Program-made: the position numbers and the translations under genes
In this document: piece after piece, positions 27,156 to 37,192 of the stretch
Layout of the letters: each line of letters opens with the position of its first letter
Numbering within the stretch: position 1 is the first letter of the stretch
Virus record (IMG/VR): IMGVR_UViG_2903352716_000007
Location: 1-64,000 of that record
Direction: 5' to 3' (one strand)
DNA: 64,000 bases
Source: a virus
Lineage: Duplodnaviria; Caudoviricetes
Notes under the pieces: generated by a model
Database searches by the model: none
Told to the model about the DNA's origin: nothing
Seen by the model: the letters and a program-made list of their open reading frames with translations, nothing else

Positions 27156-27618
27156 TCAGGCTATGTGTATGGCGTCCCTGACTTGCATCAGGCTCTCCAA
27201 GATGGAGATGACCGAAATTGCAATAAAAACTAATACAGCCAACATGCGCGCAGATTCCATGCGGAACATGCTCATTGCCTGAAGGGGCTACGGAATATAT
27301 CGAGTTCGGCCCCGGACATTCACGCAGCGAGCCATAGATTCGCTCATAAATCCCAACTCTAGTTGCCAACTGACTGTTACGTACATCTTTCGCAGTCCAG
27401 GCTACAGGATAAGCGCTATCAGTCTTGCGGCGTTCCTGCAGCTCAAGCAGTGCTTTAAGTAGCACGGTGTGTACAGCTTGTTGCGCTGCATCACCCTCTC
27501 TGGCGTGACGATCTACCATTTTCCGCCCAATAGTTATCAACATTTCCAGTGATTCGTTATCAAGGCGTTCGTCTGTTTTTTTGTTATTGATCATCCTGTT
27601 TTGCCCCTTGCGGGGCAT
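27133..27618 (-). CDS. hypothetical phage protein (Ea/Ead-like N-terminus)
   Basis: LLELQERRK..PVAW motif common in lambdoid accessory genes; 3' part uncertain. Confidence 0.55.
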   Translation of the reverse strand: MPRKGQNRMINNKKTDERLDNESLEMLITIGRKMVDRHAREGDAAQQAVHTVLLKALLELQERRKTDSAYPVAWTAKDVRNSQLATRVGIYERIYGSLRECPGPNSIYSVAPSGNEHVPHGICAHVGCISFYCNFGHLHLGEPDASQGRHTHSLSGGKNDA

Positions 27619-27639
27619 CTCCGCTAGTGTGGTTATAGG

Positions 27640-27846
27640 TCATTCTTTATCTGTCTTAGCTTTGCGCTCGACTTCACGGATGGCATATGAGAAATCATTC
27701 AATATGATGACTGCAGCCATAATATTGTTATGAAGTTGCTCCTCGATGCGATTAAGCATGACGCGCTGGTCAGGGTGTTTTTCTTCGAATTTTGCGCGCT
27801 CAATCTGCCAGAAGTTTGCCGCTTCAAGGGTTTTGTTGGTAGCCAT
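27640..27846 (-). CDS. hypothetical protein
   Basis: ATG 27846 after AAGGAG. Confidence 0.6.
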   Translation of the reverse strand: MATNKTLEAANFWQIERAKFEEKHPDQRVMLNRIEEQLHNNIMAAVIILNDFSYAIREVERKAKTDKE

Positions 27847-27847
27847 C

Positions 27848-28195
27848 TCATTCTCCTTTGCTGATGTTAGCGGCTCGGTCAATTCGCTCAATTTCAGCCA
27901 AAATAAGAGCACCCGCTTTGACTAAATCCTTTCGCTGCCCTGATTGTTTCCACCAGTTATCAGACCAGGGCCAGTGGACCGGAATGGAGAAACCCTGTTC
28001 ACTTGCCAGAAGTGCATAACATGCTGCAGCGTCAGCCATTTGACCTTCAACATGTTCATCATCGTGTTCTGGAGTCCAGCCCTCTGCGTTTATCTGGCGC
28101 TGGCGCTCTGCTAGGACATCAGTTGCGGCGGCGGTGAGTGCCACCCCGTTGAGTTCAGTGATGCCTGGCGGGGTTAAGTCACGCTTCTGGTTCAT
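27848..28195 (-). CDS. conserved phage hypothetical protein
   Basis: DVLAERQRQ..EGWTPEHDDEH..WPW..LVKAGALILAEIERIDR family. Confidence 0.8.
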   Translation of the reverse strand: MNQKRDLTPPGITELNGVALTAAATDVLAERQRQINAEGWTPEHDDEHVEGQMADAAACYALLASEQGFSIPVHWPWSDNWWKQSGQRKDLVKAGALILAEIERIDRAANISKGE

Positions 28196-28509
28196 AAGCC
28201 CCTCTTTGCCTCGAATTGAAATTGTTCGGCCTCTTCCGCGTCGTGGCGGTCGCGTTCGCTACAGAAAAATTCGTATTCCGTCAGTATTTCTGAAGGCCAC
28301 TTGTCGGTGTCCGGGCCATACTCTTCCTGAATGGCTGAAATACGTTTTACACACTCGCGATGTGGGTTTTTAAGAGGGTTTGCGGGGGCTAGCATGGAAA
28401 GAAGTTCGTCCATGCTCCCTGCCCCGTTAATGTCGGCAATTAGTTGTTCGGCGATTTTAGCCACGGTGATCCTCCGGCAACTCCTTGTTAATTTTTTCCA
28501 CCAGCTCAA
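28192..28509 (-). CDS. hypothetical protein
   Basis: Coupled ORF in the early operon. Confidence 0.55.
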   Translation of the reverse strand: MSWWKKLTRSCRRITVAKIAEQLIADINGAGSMDELLSMLAPANPLKNPHRECVKRISAIQEEYGPDTDKWPSEILTEYEFFCSERDRHDAEEAEQFQFEAKRGL

Positions 28510-28696
28510 TCCACTGCGGCTCCAGCGTTTCTATCGCTTTTGCGCGACTACCAGCCGGACCTCCCAATAGCACACTGTAATGGTTGTATGGACATTTCAA
28601 TCCACCCCACACCCAGCCCATATAATTTGGCTTCAGCGCGTATTCCGGCATGTTTCCGCAGGTCGGGCAGCGGGGTAAGTCAGACTGCTTCATCAC
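28457..28696 (-). CDS. small Zn-binding protein (Lar-like CPxCG)
   Basis: LPRCPTCG..CPYNH..A...W. Confidence 0.6.
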   Translation of the reverse strand: MMKQSDLPRCPTCGNMPEYALKPNYMGWVWGGLKCPYNHYSVLLGGPAGSRAKAIETLEPQWIELVEKINKELPEDHRG

Positions 28697-28899
28697 GCAA
28701 CCCCTGCTTCGATAATTGGCTTAATGCTTGTCAGCACAAGGCGGCGTTTTGTGAGTGGTGCGCCTACGCGACGACCGGTGAATTTGTCGTATGTCTCTTT
28801 GGGGCCGACACACCAGGTTGTCGCTGTTCCATGCAACTTAACGGTCTTTTCGCCATCTTTGGTGATGATGGTTCCCGTATGCGTTTTTGGTGTGCTCAT
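28693..28899 (-). CDS. hypothetical phage protein
   Basis: 68 aa with overlapping start/stop coupling. Confidence 0.65.
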   Translation of the reverse strand: MSTPKTHTGTIITKDGEKTVKLHGTATTWCVGPKETYDKFTGRRVGAPLTKRRLVLTSIKPIIEAGVA

Positions 28900-29471
28900 A
28901 GTGCTGCTTCCTTACGAATTGAATTATCTGCCAATACCAGACGCCCATCGCACAGCGCCGCAATAACTTCCTGATATTCCCAGCCGTAACACATGCTTTC
29001 GACGTACACGCGCAATGGTGGGTAGTCGTGTTGCTTGCGACGAATGAATGCGTCTGCCGCTTCTCTGGTCAGGTGCGCATTTACGTGCTGCCATTCTTTG
29101 CGATACCCACAAACGGTATGGTCGTCCAGGTCAGCAAGAACCAGCCACTGCTCATCCTCTTCGCACTCAAGGAAATCGCATTCCCATGCTCCCTGGGCCA
29201 TGCTGTTCAGCTTTTCCCGGTCTTCCTCATCGGCGTCATCCCAATACTCCTGCGGTGAATGCCAGTCGTATTCCTCGTAATGAAGTACCTTGCCTTCGCA
29301 GTATTCGTCAGCCAGGCCGTAAATTGTCGATTGCTTCTGCACCATGAAAATTGGATCGGCGGTGTGGTGGCGGCTCACTCCTTCGCCTTGATGGTGATAC
29401 TTCAGGCGCTCAATAAAATCAGCGAAGGTTTCCGGCGTCAGCTTTGCCCCGTCAGCGATAGACTTGCTCAT
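28896..29471 (-). CDS. hypothetical phage protein
   Basis: 191 aa, acidic; TADPIFMVQ..HLTREAADAFIRRKQHDY. Confidence 0.7.
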   Translation of the reverse strand: MSKSIADGAKLTPETFADFIERLKYHHQGEGVSRHHTADPIFMVQKQSTIYGLADEYCEGKVLHYEEYDWHSPQEYWDDADEEDREKLNSMAQGAWECDFLECEEDEQWLVLADLDDHTVCGYRKEWQHVNAHLTREAADAFIRRKQHDYPPLRVYVESMCYGWEYQEVIAALCDGRLVLADNSIRKEAAL

Positions 29472-29668
29472 TGGGCTGCCTCCCCTTCGGATTTTTTAGC
29501 GATAAAGCGGGATGGTGACCAGTCGCAATAGGTGTCTGTCTCAGTGTGACCAAACATAGCTTTGCAGCGGCGAATGTGATGGCAATTACCACATGTCACA
29601 CCAGTCGGTAAACGCATCTTGTCAGGATCGGCAGGGTCGTAATTCAGCGCTTTGGTGTTGATGCTCAT
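29468..29668 (-). CDS. small Cys-rich hypothetical protein
   Basis: TCGNCHH..C..YCDWSPSRF. Confidence 0.65.
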   Translation of the reverse strand: MSINTKALNYDPADPDKMRLPTGVTCGNCHHIRRCKAMFGHTETDTYCDWSPSRFIAKKSEGEAAQ

Positions 29669-30096
29669 TGGGCCTCCTGGCGAAGCTGTGCAGCGAACTC
29701 TGCAACGGCATCCGGTAGTGAACGGTAATAAGCCTTAGATTCAACAAATACGGAGTTTTCTTCACCACAGAACGCTATAAATCCCTCCGCACCCTGCGCC
29801 CGTACTTCAGACAGGCTCTTACCGAACGCGTGAACGTATTCTTCAACTGACATTCCCCAGTGCATCGGGCATTGCTCTACGGTTTCGTCTTCGTTCTCTT
29901 CATCCGGCACTTCGCGAGTAAAGAACTCGCGTTCAACGGCATGTAGCGTGTCAGCGAAGCGCCGCAGGTTGCCGATCCCGACTGTTATGGCGAATACTGG
30001 AGCCTCACAGCCAACATCCATTTGCTGGTACACAGCGGTTTTAAATTTGTTAAGCGCCGCGCATTCGGCTTCTAATTCTTCATAGGTCGGTTTCAC
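29665..30096 (-). CDS. hypothetical phage protein (Ead/Ea22-like)
   Basis: YEELEAECAAL..LSEVRAQG..EFAAQLRQEA. Confidence 0.7.
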   Translation of the reverse strand: MKPTYEELEAECAALNKFKTAVYQQMDVGCEAPVFAITVGIGNLRRFADTLHAVEREFFTREVPDEENEDETVEQCPMHWGMSVEEYVHAFGKSLSEVRAQGAEGFIAFCGEENSVFVESKAYYRSLPDAVAEFAAQLRQEAQ

Positions 30097-30106
30097 TGTT
30101 AATCCT

Positions 30107-30460
30107 TTATTTCGCAGTCATTCGGAGCAACTTCACACCGAAATTGCATAACTCGCACCTGGCAGACATAGAACCGGCGCGGGACTGTTTGAGGCTGTAT
30201 TTCTTGCACTGAGGACACTGAACTTCAGTGATCCGTATGGTCATGAGGCGGTTAATCTCGGCAATAGCTTCTGGTGACTTCGTGCGGCGTTTCCTGCGTG
30301 GTGGAGCCATGCCAAGCGCTTTAAGGATGCGGTTGTATTCTTTATTTACCCATTTTCCGCCTGGCTCGTTAGCAACACCGTCGCCGATCATATCGCCCAG
30401 CTTTACCAACTGAGCGTGAAGGTGCGCTTTGGTTTCTTTGCTGAGGTTGCTGGTGGTCAT
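30107..30460 (-). CDS. hypothetical protein with C-terminal Zn ribbon
   Basis: QLVKLGDMIGDG..WV.KEY..ILKALG; CPQC..CELC. Confidence 0.7.
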   Translation of the reverse strand: MTTSNLSKETKAHLHAQLVKLGDMIGDGVANEPGGKWVNKEYNRILKALGMAPPRRKRRTKSPEAIAEINRLMTIRITEVQCPQCKKYSLKQSRAGSMSARCELCNFGVKLLRMTAK

Positions 30461-31089
30461 CGTGCGCCCTCGCAACTGTAGTTTCTGCATCCCTCAAAGT
30501 CATAAGGGTTGAGCTGCCAGCTAATGCGCCCACAGTAAGGGCAATTCCAGCGGGTTTTGCCTGTGTTTTTGCGTTTACGACGTTTCAGGAGTGCAGGTAC
30601 GCGCAAGCCAGCGCCCTGGACCATCTTGCGGCGGTTTAGCAGGTTTATATTGAACGTGCGGCGCTTAACTGCGTCCACGGTGGAGAACGGAAGCCAGACA
30701 AGACCCTCGCTATCTTGGCGCGCCGCCGGGTAAATCGCGGCTTTGCTAAAATCGGTCGTTGGCAGTGAGCCGTCAGCCAGCCAATAAACGTCGTTACCAT
30801 CCCACTTGCCAGTAACGAATGCGACGTAGGCGTTACAGCCATCCACCAGCGTTGTCGTATTGGGGATTTTCTGGCAGTCAACGTGCCACACTGCCAGCGC
30901 ATCGATGCAGTCAGCAGAAACAGGGAGATCAATATCCCGGCCCTTGTTCCATTTGGCCTGTGCTTCTTCCTGGGTGTACACGTGAGCTGAGTCGATATTG
31001 GTGTTGTAACCATGTCCATCAACGCAATGAAAGGACATGTTGGTGCCAACGGTATCGCGCAGACAGGCCATGTAAAATCGGTCACTCAT
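30457..31089 (-). CDS. hypothetical phage protein with two internal repeats and C-terminal CxxC
   Basis: 210 aa; two F...G....T..A..Y repeats; WNCPYCG. Confidence 0.7.
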   Translation of the reverse strand: MSDRFYMACLRDTVGTNMSFHCVDGHGYNTNIDSAHVYTQEEAQAKWNKGRDIDLPVSADCIDALAVWHVDCQKIPNTTTLVDGCNAYVAFVTGKWDGNDVYWLADGSLPTTDFSKAAIYPAARQDSEGLVWLPFSTVDAVKRRTFNINLLNRRKMVQGAGLRVPALLKRRKRKNTGKTRWNCPYCGRISWQLNPYDFEGCRNYSCEGAR

Positions 31090-31104
31090 GCGATTCTCCT
31101 TCCT

Positions 31105-31311
31105 TCAATGGGTTCCATTTGTTGTTCCCCTTTTCCTGTTTCGTCCTTTCCTTCGATAGCTATCACAGCCGTAAACAATGGCGAGAAGGCTTGAACCCAG
31201 GGCTATTTTTCCTGCTGCTTCTGTCCCCCACTCCACTCCCCATGCCAGAGCGATGAATACGCCCCAACCGAGGAAGGACAAGCCCACAAACAGCGCTCTA
31301 ACCAGTCTCAT
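31105..31311 (-). CDS. small membrane protein
   Basis: Two hydrophobic segments and a basic tail; coupled to the upstream gene. Confidence 0.55.
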   Translation of the reverse strand: MRLVRALFVGLSFLGWGVFIALAWGVEWGTEAAGKIALGSSLLAIVYGCDSYRRKGRNRKRGTTNGTH

Positions 31312-31748
31312 TTTTTTGGCTGGTATGCCTGACGCATTTCCTCACCGCCGACTTCAATCAGGATCAGGCGCAATCCCTTTGATGCAGAGCCGTCACCGCG
31401 TTTCTTTAAAAAATCGGCGGCTTTACCGGGGATATAACAAGAAAGTGATACGGGGTTTTCTATCTTGCTTGGTGCGCCTACGCGGGGATAAAGCACCGAG
31501 CTAATGATCTCTTTGTTACTGGCGCTGGTGGGCATATCCAGAATGATGGCCCCGGCACGTTTCATGACGATGCGATCCGCCATCTGACGTGTCTCGGTTT
31601 CGTTGGTCAGCAATTCACGTAATCGGGCATCAATAACCCGGCGCGAATCCGTCTGTAAGTTGTGGCTTGTCGCCCCCGACTTGTATGCAAAGTAAATCTC
31701 GTAAGACACGGTAATTCCCTGTTGGACAATTTCAGAGTAAAGATACAT
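31308..31748 (-). CDS. hypothetical protein, possible C-terminal RHH; first gene of the early operon
   Basis: SLSCYIP..AADFLKKRG.GSASKGLRLIL; operator-like motif abuts its ATG. Confidence 0.65.
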   Translation of the reverse strand: MYLYSEIVQQGITVSYEIYFAYKSGATSHNLQTDSRRVIDARLRELLTNETETRQMADRIVMKRAGAIILDMPTSASNKEIISSVLYPRVGAPSKIENPVSLSCYIPGKAADFLKKRGDGSASKGLRLILIEVGGEEMRQAYQPKK

Positions 31749-31763
31749 GCAATTCTAACGAAA
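31744..31763 (+). promoter_or_regulatory. putative phage-repressor operator
   Basis: TACATGCAATTCTAACGAAA, overlapping the start of the leftward early operon. Confidence 0.45.
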
Positions 31764-31799
31764 ATAAATATTTTTGATGGTATTTTTTGAAAGGTAATC

Positions 31800-31820
31800 A
31801 AAGTACAAACCGCATAACTT
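31800..31820 (+). promoter_or_regulatory. putative late promoter of the capsid operon
   Basis: AAAGTACAAAC-cgca-TAACTT; first 17 nt identical to the 6130 copy. Confidence 0.7.
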
Positions 31821-31872
31821 CTACGCGTCAAAAGTAACTCTCGCATCCGCGCCCTAAGATAAGGGCTAAATT

Positions 31873-33624
31873 GTGAGCAAAGATATTCAACCTGCCCGCG
31901 CGCGTTTGGAGGACATCAACCACCGCGCCGCGCGAGTCGCAGCATTTACCGTCGACATTCAGAAAAAGAATGGCGTCACCATTACCGATCCAAAGGAACT
32001 GGCTCAGGCCTCAATGGATGCGGCGTTACGTGATCCAATGTTTGAGAATGTTGACCCACGCTTTGTAAAACGCGTAGCGAGTGCGTGGACGTCTGCTGTT
32101 ATGGAGCATCAGGAACGCACTGGTGATCTGCCGTCTGCTGATTTGCTGGCGAACGCTCAACATTGCTGTGAAAAACTGATGCTGGAAGCCGCAGCCGATT
32201 CGCACACAGGCGCAGGCCGCGCGATGTTTGAATCTGTCGCAGCCGATATGCGCACCTCTGATGGTGTTTTACGTCTGGCGCAGTTTGTGGCTCTTATCCT
32301 GCCGGTATCTTTGGGTGCTGCGACGTCTGACGCATGTACGTTCGTACCGTGCGAGCGTGATAAGGCCAACATCTTCGAATTACTGAACGTTGCGGGTACT
32401 GAGTTCGGCTCGTTCAAGCCTGGCGATGAGCTGCATATGCAGCGCGCGGGTATGTATTCGCAACTCAAGCGTTACTACATCTTCCCTAAAACCATCCAGC
32501 CAGACGGCACGAAAAAAGTCTTTAACTTCGCGATTAAAGATCTGGAAGGCAAAGACATGCCGATTCGTGCCGGTCGCACGAAATTGCTGATTAACCGTCG
32601 TCAATCCAAAGCCGATGATGGTGATGGCAACCTGTATTTCAACGATAAAGACTTTAACGGCGTTGCGTACTCCGCGACCTGTAAAGTGGCCTATGACAAG
32701 GGGACCGTTGCTGTCACCTTTACTGAAGTGCCACCAGCCGACACTGAATTGGCTATCCAACTGGAAATCAACATCGAGAAAGCGCCAGAGCTTATCCCTG
32801 TGATTAACCAGTCTATGCGTGAGTGGGAAGTTAGCCCGTCTCAGTACGTCGTAGCGTCCGAACACACTGTAATGTCGGCGTCCGATCTCAGCCGTGAATT
32901 TGGTATCAACCTGCAGTCTGTCCAGTTTACCGCGCTGCGTAACTGGCTGTCCCACGAGCAGGACATGATGCGTCTGCGTCTGATGGCGTTCTTCTGCGTT
33001 AACAACTACGAGTTTGACGTGGCAATGCCGGAAGCCCAGCAGTATGAGTCCTGGGTAGGTCTGATCCGTCACCGCGTGAACGAGATGAGTACGGCGATGG
33101 TCAACAAGACCCGCAAATCTGGTATCCGTGGTGGTTTTGCTGGTGGTGAAGCGGCGAACTTCATTAAGTCCCTACCTCCGCAGTATTTCGCCCAGGACTC
33201 GAACTACGTTGAAAGTCCTCACGTCCAGTATATCGGTACGCTGTTTGGCTACATCCGTATCTACGAAGTCCCGACCGCTGTCTGTGAGCAATTCGTTGAA
33301 GATGGTTATAACTTCAATCCGAACGACGTAATTTTCTACGGTCGTGGTAACAGCATTGGCGAAGCTGGCCTGATTGCCGGTGATGCCGTCCCTGCCATTC
33401 CGTACATCCATGAAACCAACCCTGCTTTGGTTAACCGCACCACTATGTGGGGATCTGCGCTCAACGAGATCCACCCGCGTAAAGGTGAAAACTACTTCTG
33501 CAAGCTGAAGCTGACCAACACCAAAGTCGGTGCGTTCAACATGCTGACCGGCAAGAAAATTGAAGCCGAACAGCCACCTGAAGTTGACGAGCCTGAAGAT
33601 AAAGCGGCTAAAGCCTCCAAGTAA
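31873..33624 (+). CDS. major capsid protein (P1 gp23-like)
   Basis: 583 aa, biased codon usage; first gene of 23-22-21 order. Confidence 0.85.
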   Translation: MSKDIQPARARLEDINHRAARVAAFTVDIQKKNGVTITDPKELAQASMDAALRDPMFENVDPRFVKRVASAWTSAVMEHQERTGDLPSADLLANAQHCCEKLMLEAAADSHTGAGRAMFESVAADMRTSDGVLRLAQFVALILPVSLGAATSDACTFVPCERDKANIFELLNVAGTEFGSFKPGDELHMQRAGMYSQLKRYYIFPKTIQPDGTKKVFNFAIKDLEGKDMPIRAGRTKLLINRRQSKADDGDGNLYFNDKDFNGVAYSATCKVAYDKGTVAVTFTEVPPADTELAIQLEINIEKAPELIPVINQSMREWEVSPSQYVVASEHTVMSASDLSREFGINLQSVQFTALRNWLSHEQDMMRLRLMAFFCVNNYEFDVAMPEAQQYESWVGLIRHRVNEMSTAMVNKTRKSGIRGGFAGGEAANFIKSLPPQYFAQDSNYVESPHVQYIGTLFGYIRIYEVPTAVCEQFVEDGYNFNPNDVIFYGRGNSIGEAGLIAGDAVPAIPYIHETNPALVNRTTMWGSALNEIHPRKGENYFCKLKLTNTKVGAFNMLTGKKIEAEQPPEVDEPEDKAAKASK

Positions 33625-33669
33625 TTGCAAGGCGGCGCCTGAACGGGCGCCGCTAAAAGGACTCTGAGA

Positions 33670-35256
33670 ATGAAACAAATTCCTTATGCAGTTGGTCAGG
33701 CGGCTGGTGTTGCGGTCATGCCGATCAATGCTGATGCGACCAACACCAATACGTCAGGCGGTGCTTCCGTTTTTGCCGGATTGGTTATTTCCCGTCGTGG
33801 TAAGCCTGGCGAAGTATTGCGCGTCACTGCCAATAACTTCGAGTCAGTGCTTGGCGCGGCAATTCACCCACGCCAGGGGGCAATTTTCGAGCCTTTACGC
33901 CACGTTGAACGTGCAACGAAAGGCGGTGACGGCTATGTCGTGCGTGTTTGCCCGTCAGACATGAAGATCCCGACGCTGGCCTTCATGCTGGATGCCGAAA
34001 CCAAAAAGCTTACGGTGACAGCCTCAACGGTAAATGTCGGCGCTGCACCTGCCCTGCCGGAAGGTGCTTATGCACTTATCTACATTGATGACGGTGACGC
34101 TTCTGCATCCCGAGCGATTAATTTCTATGAGGACGAAACCTCAGAAGGGTTATTCATGCTGGAGCTGCAGGAAACCGACTCCGCAGGGACTGTCACCATC
34201 CTGGAATCGCACCAGGTCTCTTTTGACCCGGAAGCGCGTTCTGATATGGGGACTCCGGCATTCATGGATACTGCGCTGGAAAATGGTTCCACGCGGTTAC
34301 GTGCGCTGGTGGCTGATGACGCGCATGAAGCGCTCTCTCAGCTTAAAGGGGAAGCCATTACGGTTGAGGCTGCGCCGTTTGTCGGTGGTAGCGATGGTGA
34401 CATGTCTAAGCTGGTCGCAAAGGACTATCAAAAAGCCCTTACCGTACTGAAAAAGTCTATGTTCAGCTTTACCGCCGTGCTGTCTCTCGGTTGCTATGAC
34501 CCGACCGTGATCGCGGATCTGGATAAGTTTGCTCAGGACGTGCGTGTTGACATGTTCTACGACCTGCTGGGCGCTCAAACCGCTGCATTAGCTATTACTG
34601 AAGCCAAATCTCACGGCCTCGGTGGTTCACATCAGCCGTGCCGTTACTACTTCCCGTATTCCTGCCGTGACGTGTTCACCAGTGCGAATGTCGTATTCGG
34701 GATCTCCTGTGATGCGTTTGTGGCTAAGGCTAAAGGTGTTGCGCTGGTCCCTGATGTTGGTGGATGGCACTACTCACCGGCTGGCGTCTCGCGCGCCATT
34801 ATCAGTCGTCAAAATATCAAGCCTATTCCTAACCTGGATGAGATTGATAACGAAGAGTTCGTGAAGGCGCGTATTAACCCGGTTGCCATGAATAGTGCGG
34901 GTGATCTCTATATCGACGACGCGCTTACCACTCTCACCAAAAATAACTACCTGCGTCTGCAGCATATTAGCTCGCTGATGAACGCTATTGCGCGTGGCTT
35001 CTATGAAGTGGCTGAAGCTGCAAAACATGAACCCGATGGTGTGACGTACACCGTGTTGATGTCCGGGATGACCGATTTGCTGGAGCGCTTTGCCGCCGCT
35101 GAAGCGATCGTGAAACCGCGTGACCCAAGCCAGGGTGAATCCCCGTTCGCTCTGACGCTGATTCAAAAAGATATTGATTTGTGGGAGCTGGAGTGGGCCG
35201 TTTGCCCGACTGGTTCATCCCGTCGAATTGTCGGTAAACCGATGCTCTTGCGCTAA
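33670..35256 (+). CDS. tail sheath protein (P1 gp22-like)
   Basis: 528 aa; GWHYSPAG..R, RINPV and W...CPTG sheath motifs. Confidence 0.85.
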   Translation: MKQIPYAVGQAAGVAVMPINADATNTNTSGGASVFAGLVISRRGKPGEVLRVTANNFESVLGAAIHPRQGAIFEPLRHVERATKGGDGYVVRVCPSDMKIPTLAFMLDAETKKLTVTASTVNVGAAPALPEGAYALIYIDDGDASASRAINFYEDETSEGLFMLELQETDSAGTVTILESHQVSFDPEARSDMGTPAFMDTALENGSTRLRALVADDAHEALSQLKGEAITVEAAPFVGGSDGDMSKLVAKDYQKALTVLKKSMFSFTAVLSLGCYDPTVIADLDKFAQDVRVDMFYDLLGAQTAALAITEAKSHGLGGSHQPCRYYFPYSCRDVFTSANVVFGISCDAFVAKAKGVALVPDVGGWHYSPAGVSRAIISRQNIKPIPNLDEIDNEEFVKARINPVAMNSAGDLYIDDALTTLTKNNYLRLQHISSLMNAIARGFYEVAEAAKHEPDGVTYTVLMSGMTDLLERFAAAEAIVKPRDPSQGESPFALTLIQKDIDLWELEWAVCPTGSSRRIVGKPMLLR

Positions 35257-35266
35257 GGAAAAAGAG

Positions 35267-35977
35267 ATGCTGAACAAACGAAACTTGAACCATAGCCTAC
35301 TTCTTCAGGCAGGTTTTGCACCAGCCCCGGCTTCCGGGGAACATGCCATGCTGGAAAACAACGGTGATAAGAAAGGTCAGGAGAAAAAGGGCGCCGATAA
35401 AGAAATGGCGATGATGGAAGCTGTCGAACGCCGCTTTAATGAAGACCGTCGCGGTTTGGCGGCGTCCATGCTGGTGGAATGGGCGAGCGATGGCGAACCT
35501 ACCTGGCAGGACTTCAGCGCCTTAGCTATTTCCCTGGCAGACCTCCCTGATCTGGAAGACGGTGACGACGACTACACCGACGAACAGGTGGACGCCTACA
35601 ACGAAGCGCTGGCTGATCTTGCTTATGCCGCCATTGCACTGGGCGCTGATCAGGATGACGTAACCAGCATGATCGACGATGAGGACGACGACGCCGCTGC
35701 CGCTGTCTATGACGCGATCAATGATATTGAAGATACCGATGACGCTATCGCTCAATACACCATTGCCGGTGACGACGACGACGCTATGTTTGAAGCGCCG
35801 AAAATCAAAGTGGTCCGTGATGGTAAGGTGAAGCTGATCCGTAAGCGTATCCGCAAGCAACGCCGTACTTCAAAGCAAAAAGCAGCCCTCAAAAAAGCCC
35901 AGCGTAAATCGCATACGTCTACGGCGAAACTCAAACAACGCAAATCCATGAAACTCCGCAAGAAGCGCGGAATGTAA
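35267..35977 (+). CDS. P1 gp21-like structural protein
   Basis: ATG 35267; very acidic middle and very basic C-terminus. Confidence 0.7.
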   Translation: MLNKRNLNHSLLLQAGFAPAPASGEHAMLENNGDKKGQEKKGADKEMAMMEAVERRFNEDRRGLAASMLVEWASDGEPTWQDFSALAISLADLPDLEDGDDDYTDEQVDAYNEALADLAYAAIALGADQDDVTSMIDDEDDDAAAAVYDAINDIEDTDDAIAQYTIAGDDDDAMFEAPKIKVVRDGKVKLIRKRIRKQRRTSKQKAALKKAQRKSHTSTAKLKQRKSMKLRKKRGM

Positions 35978-36028
35978 TGTGCTTGAGCCACCAGCGCCCT
36001 GCTGGTGGCTTTTCAGGGAGTCATCGTA

Positions 36029-36619
36029 ATGATTTGTGGCGCAATAATGCCAGACGGCGTAAGCCCTTTCCTGAAAGTCTTTATCACGTCTGAAACAGAT
36101 ATGGTTGTTGGCTATATCGGTCAGGGTAGCAGCGCTGATCTGCAGTCTATGTGGGAATCTCCATTCGGTAACGATAGCTTAGGGGGAATGGCTGGTGCGG
36201 TGAGTTCTGCAGCCGGTAAAGTGGCGTCAACCGGACAGGCAATGACTGACCAGACAACCAAATCAACGTTTAACAGTTTGCTGATATGGGAAGGCCAGAC
36301 CCCACCTACTTTTAACCTTGTCATTGACCTGATGGCGACGATGAATGCAAAGGTGGAAGTGAACGATGCCATCACAACCTTGCTGCAGATGGAATCGCCG
36401 GAGCTGGCTGCAATGGCGGCAACTGGGCGCCGACCAATACCTGTTGTGCTGGATGTTGGGCGGAGGCTCAAACTGATGGATGTCGTGATCCAGAATGTCA
36501 GTTTTCAGTTAGATGTACCGCGCACAAGCGATGGGTACTACACGCACAATACTGTAACGCTGCAGTGTTCAGGAATGGCTGTACAAAACCAGTCTGATAT
36601 TCCCTACATGTTTATCTGA
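36029..36619 (+). CDS. pmgG: P1 PmgG-like morphogenetic protein
   Basis: WESPF, LIWEG..PPTFNL, tube-initiator-like; gene order. Confidence 0.65.
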   Translation: MICGAIMPDGVSPFLKVFITSETDMVVGYIGQGSSADLQSMWESPFGNDSLGGMAGAVSSAAGKVASTGQAMTDQTTKSTFNSLLIWEGQTPPTFNLVIDLMATMNAKVEVNDAITTLLQMESPELAAMAATGRRPIPVVLDVGRRLKLMDVVIQNVSFQLDVPRTSDGYYTHNTVTLQCSGMAVQNQSDIPYMFI

Positions 36620-36629
36620 CCCCCTTCGC

Positions 36630-36650
36630 AAATCACAGACTACTTATTCT
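36630..36650 (+). promoter_or_regulatory. putative late promoter
   Basis: AAATCACAGAC-tact-TATTCT. Confidence 0.65.
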
Positions 36651-36698
36651 ACCCCCGGTGCAAATTGGCACTGCCATTGTGTTAACTGAGGGGTATTT

Positions 36699-37190
36699 AT
36701 GTCTGGATTTTCCAACACCAAAGCCGATGTAGGCTTCCTTAAAAAACGTCTCAATCAGAGTATTGCCGCCGGTGAAAAACTGATTGGCTCTGAGTTCTGG
36801 ATGCGTATCAAAGGGTATGACAATTTGTCGATCCTGGTGCGTACCGCTCAACTTCCCGAAATGACCCGTGAAGATGTGGAAGACTTCGCGCCTGGCGGCA
36901 TGAAGTTCAACCAGCACGGCGCTATTCGCAACTCTGGCGAACTGCAGGTTACTTGTGCTGAAACCATCAAAGGCGATGTGTTTAAAGCCGTCCGTCAAAT
37001 GGTATACGGCAAGGAATACGTCGACATCGAGCTGAAAGCGGCGGCTGAGTCCAATAGCGGCTCTGACGGTGGCATTTCCCGTACCCTGTTGCACTGTAAG
37101 GTTTACAGCGATGCTATTGATTTTGGTTCGGAAGACGTGACTACGGTCGTGCGCCCTACCCTGCGTATCGTTTTCAACTGGGCTGAATAA
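36699..37190 (+). CDS. bplB: tail tube protein (P1 BplB-like)
   Basis: 163 aa; AQLPEMTREDVE, GELQVTCAE tube fold; own late promoter. Confidence 0.75.
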   Translation: MSGFSNTKADVGFLKKRLNQSIAAGEKLIGSEFWMRIKGYDNLSILVRTAQLPEMTREDVEDFAPGGMKFNQHGAIRNSGELQVTCAETIKGDVFKAVRQMVYGKEYVDIELKAAAESNSGSDGGISRTLLHCKVYSDAIDFGSEDVTTVVRPTLRIVFNWAE

Positions 37191-37192
37191 TC

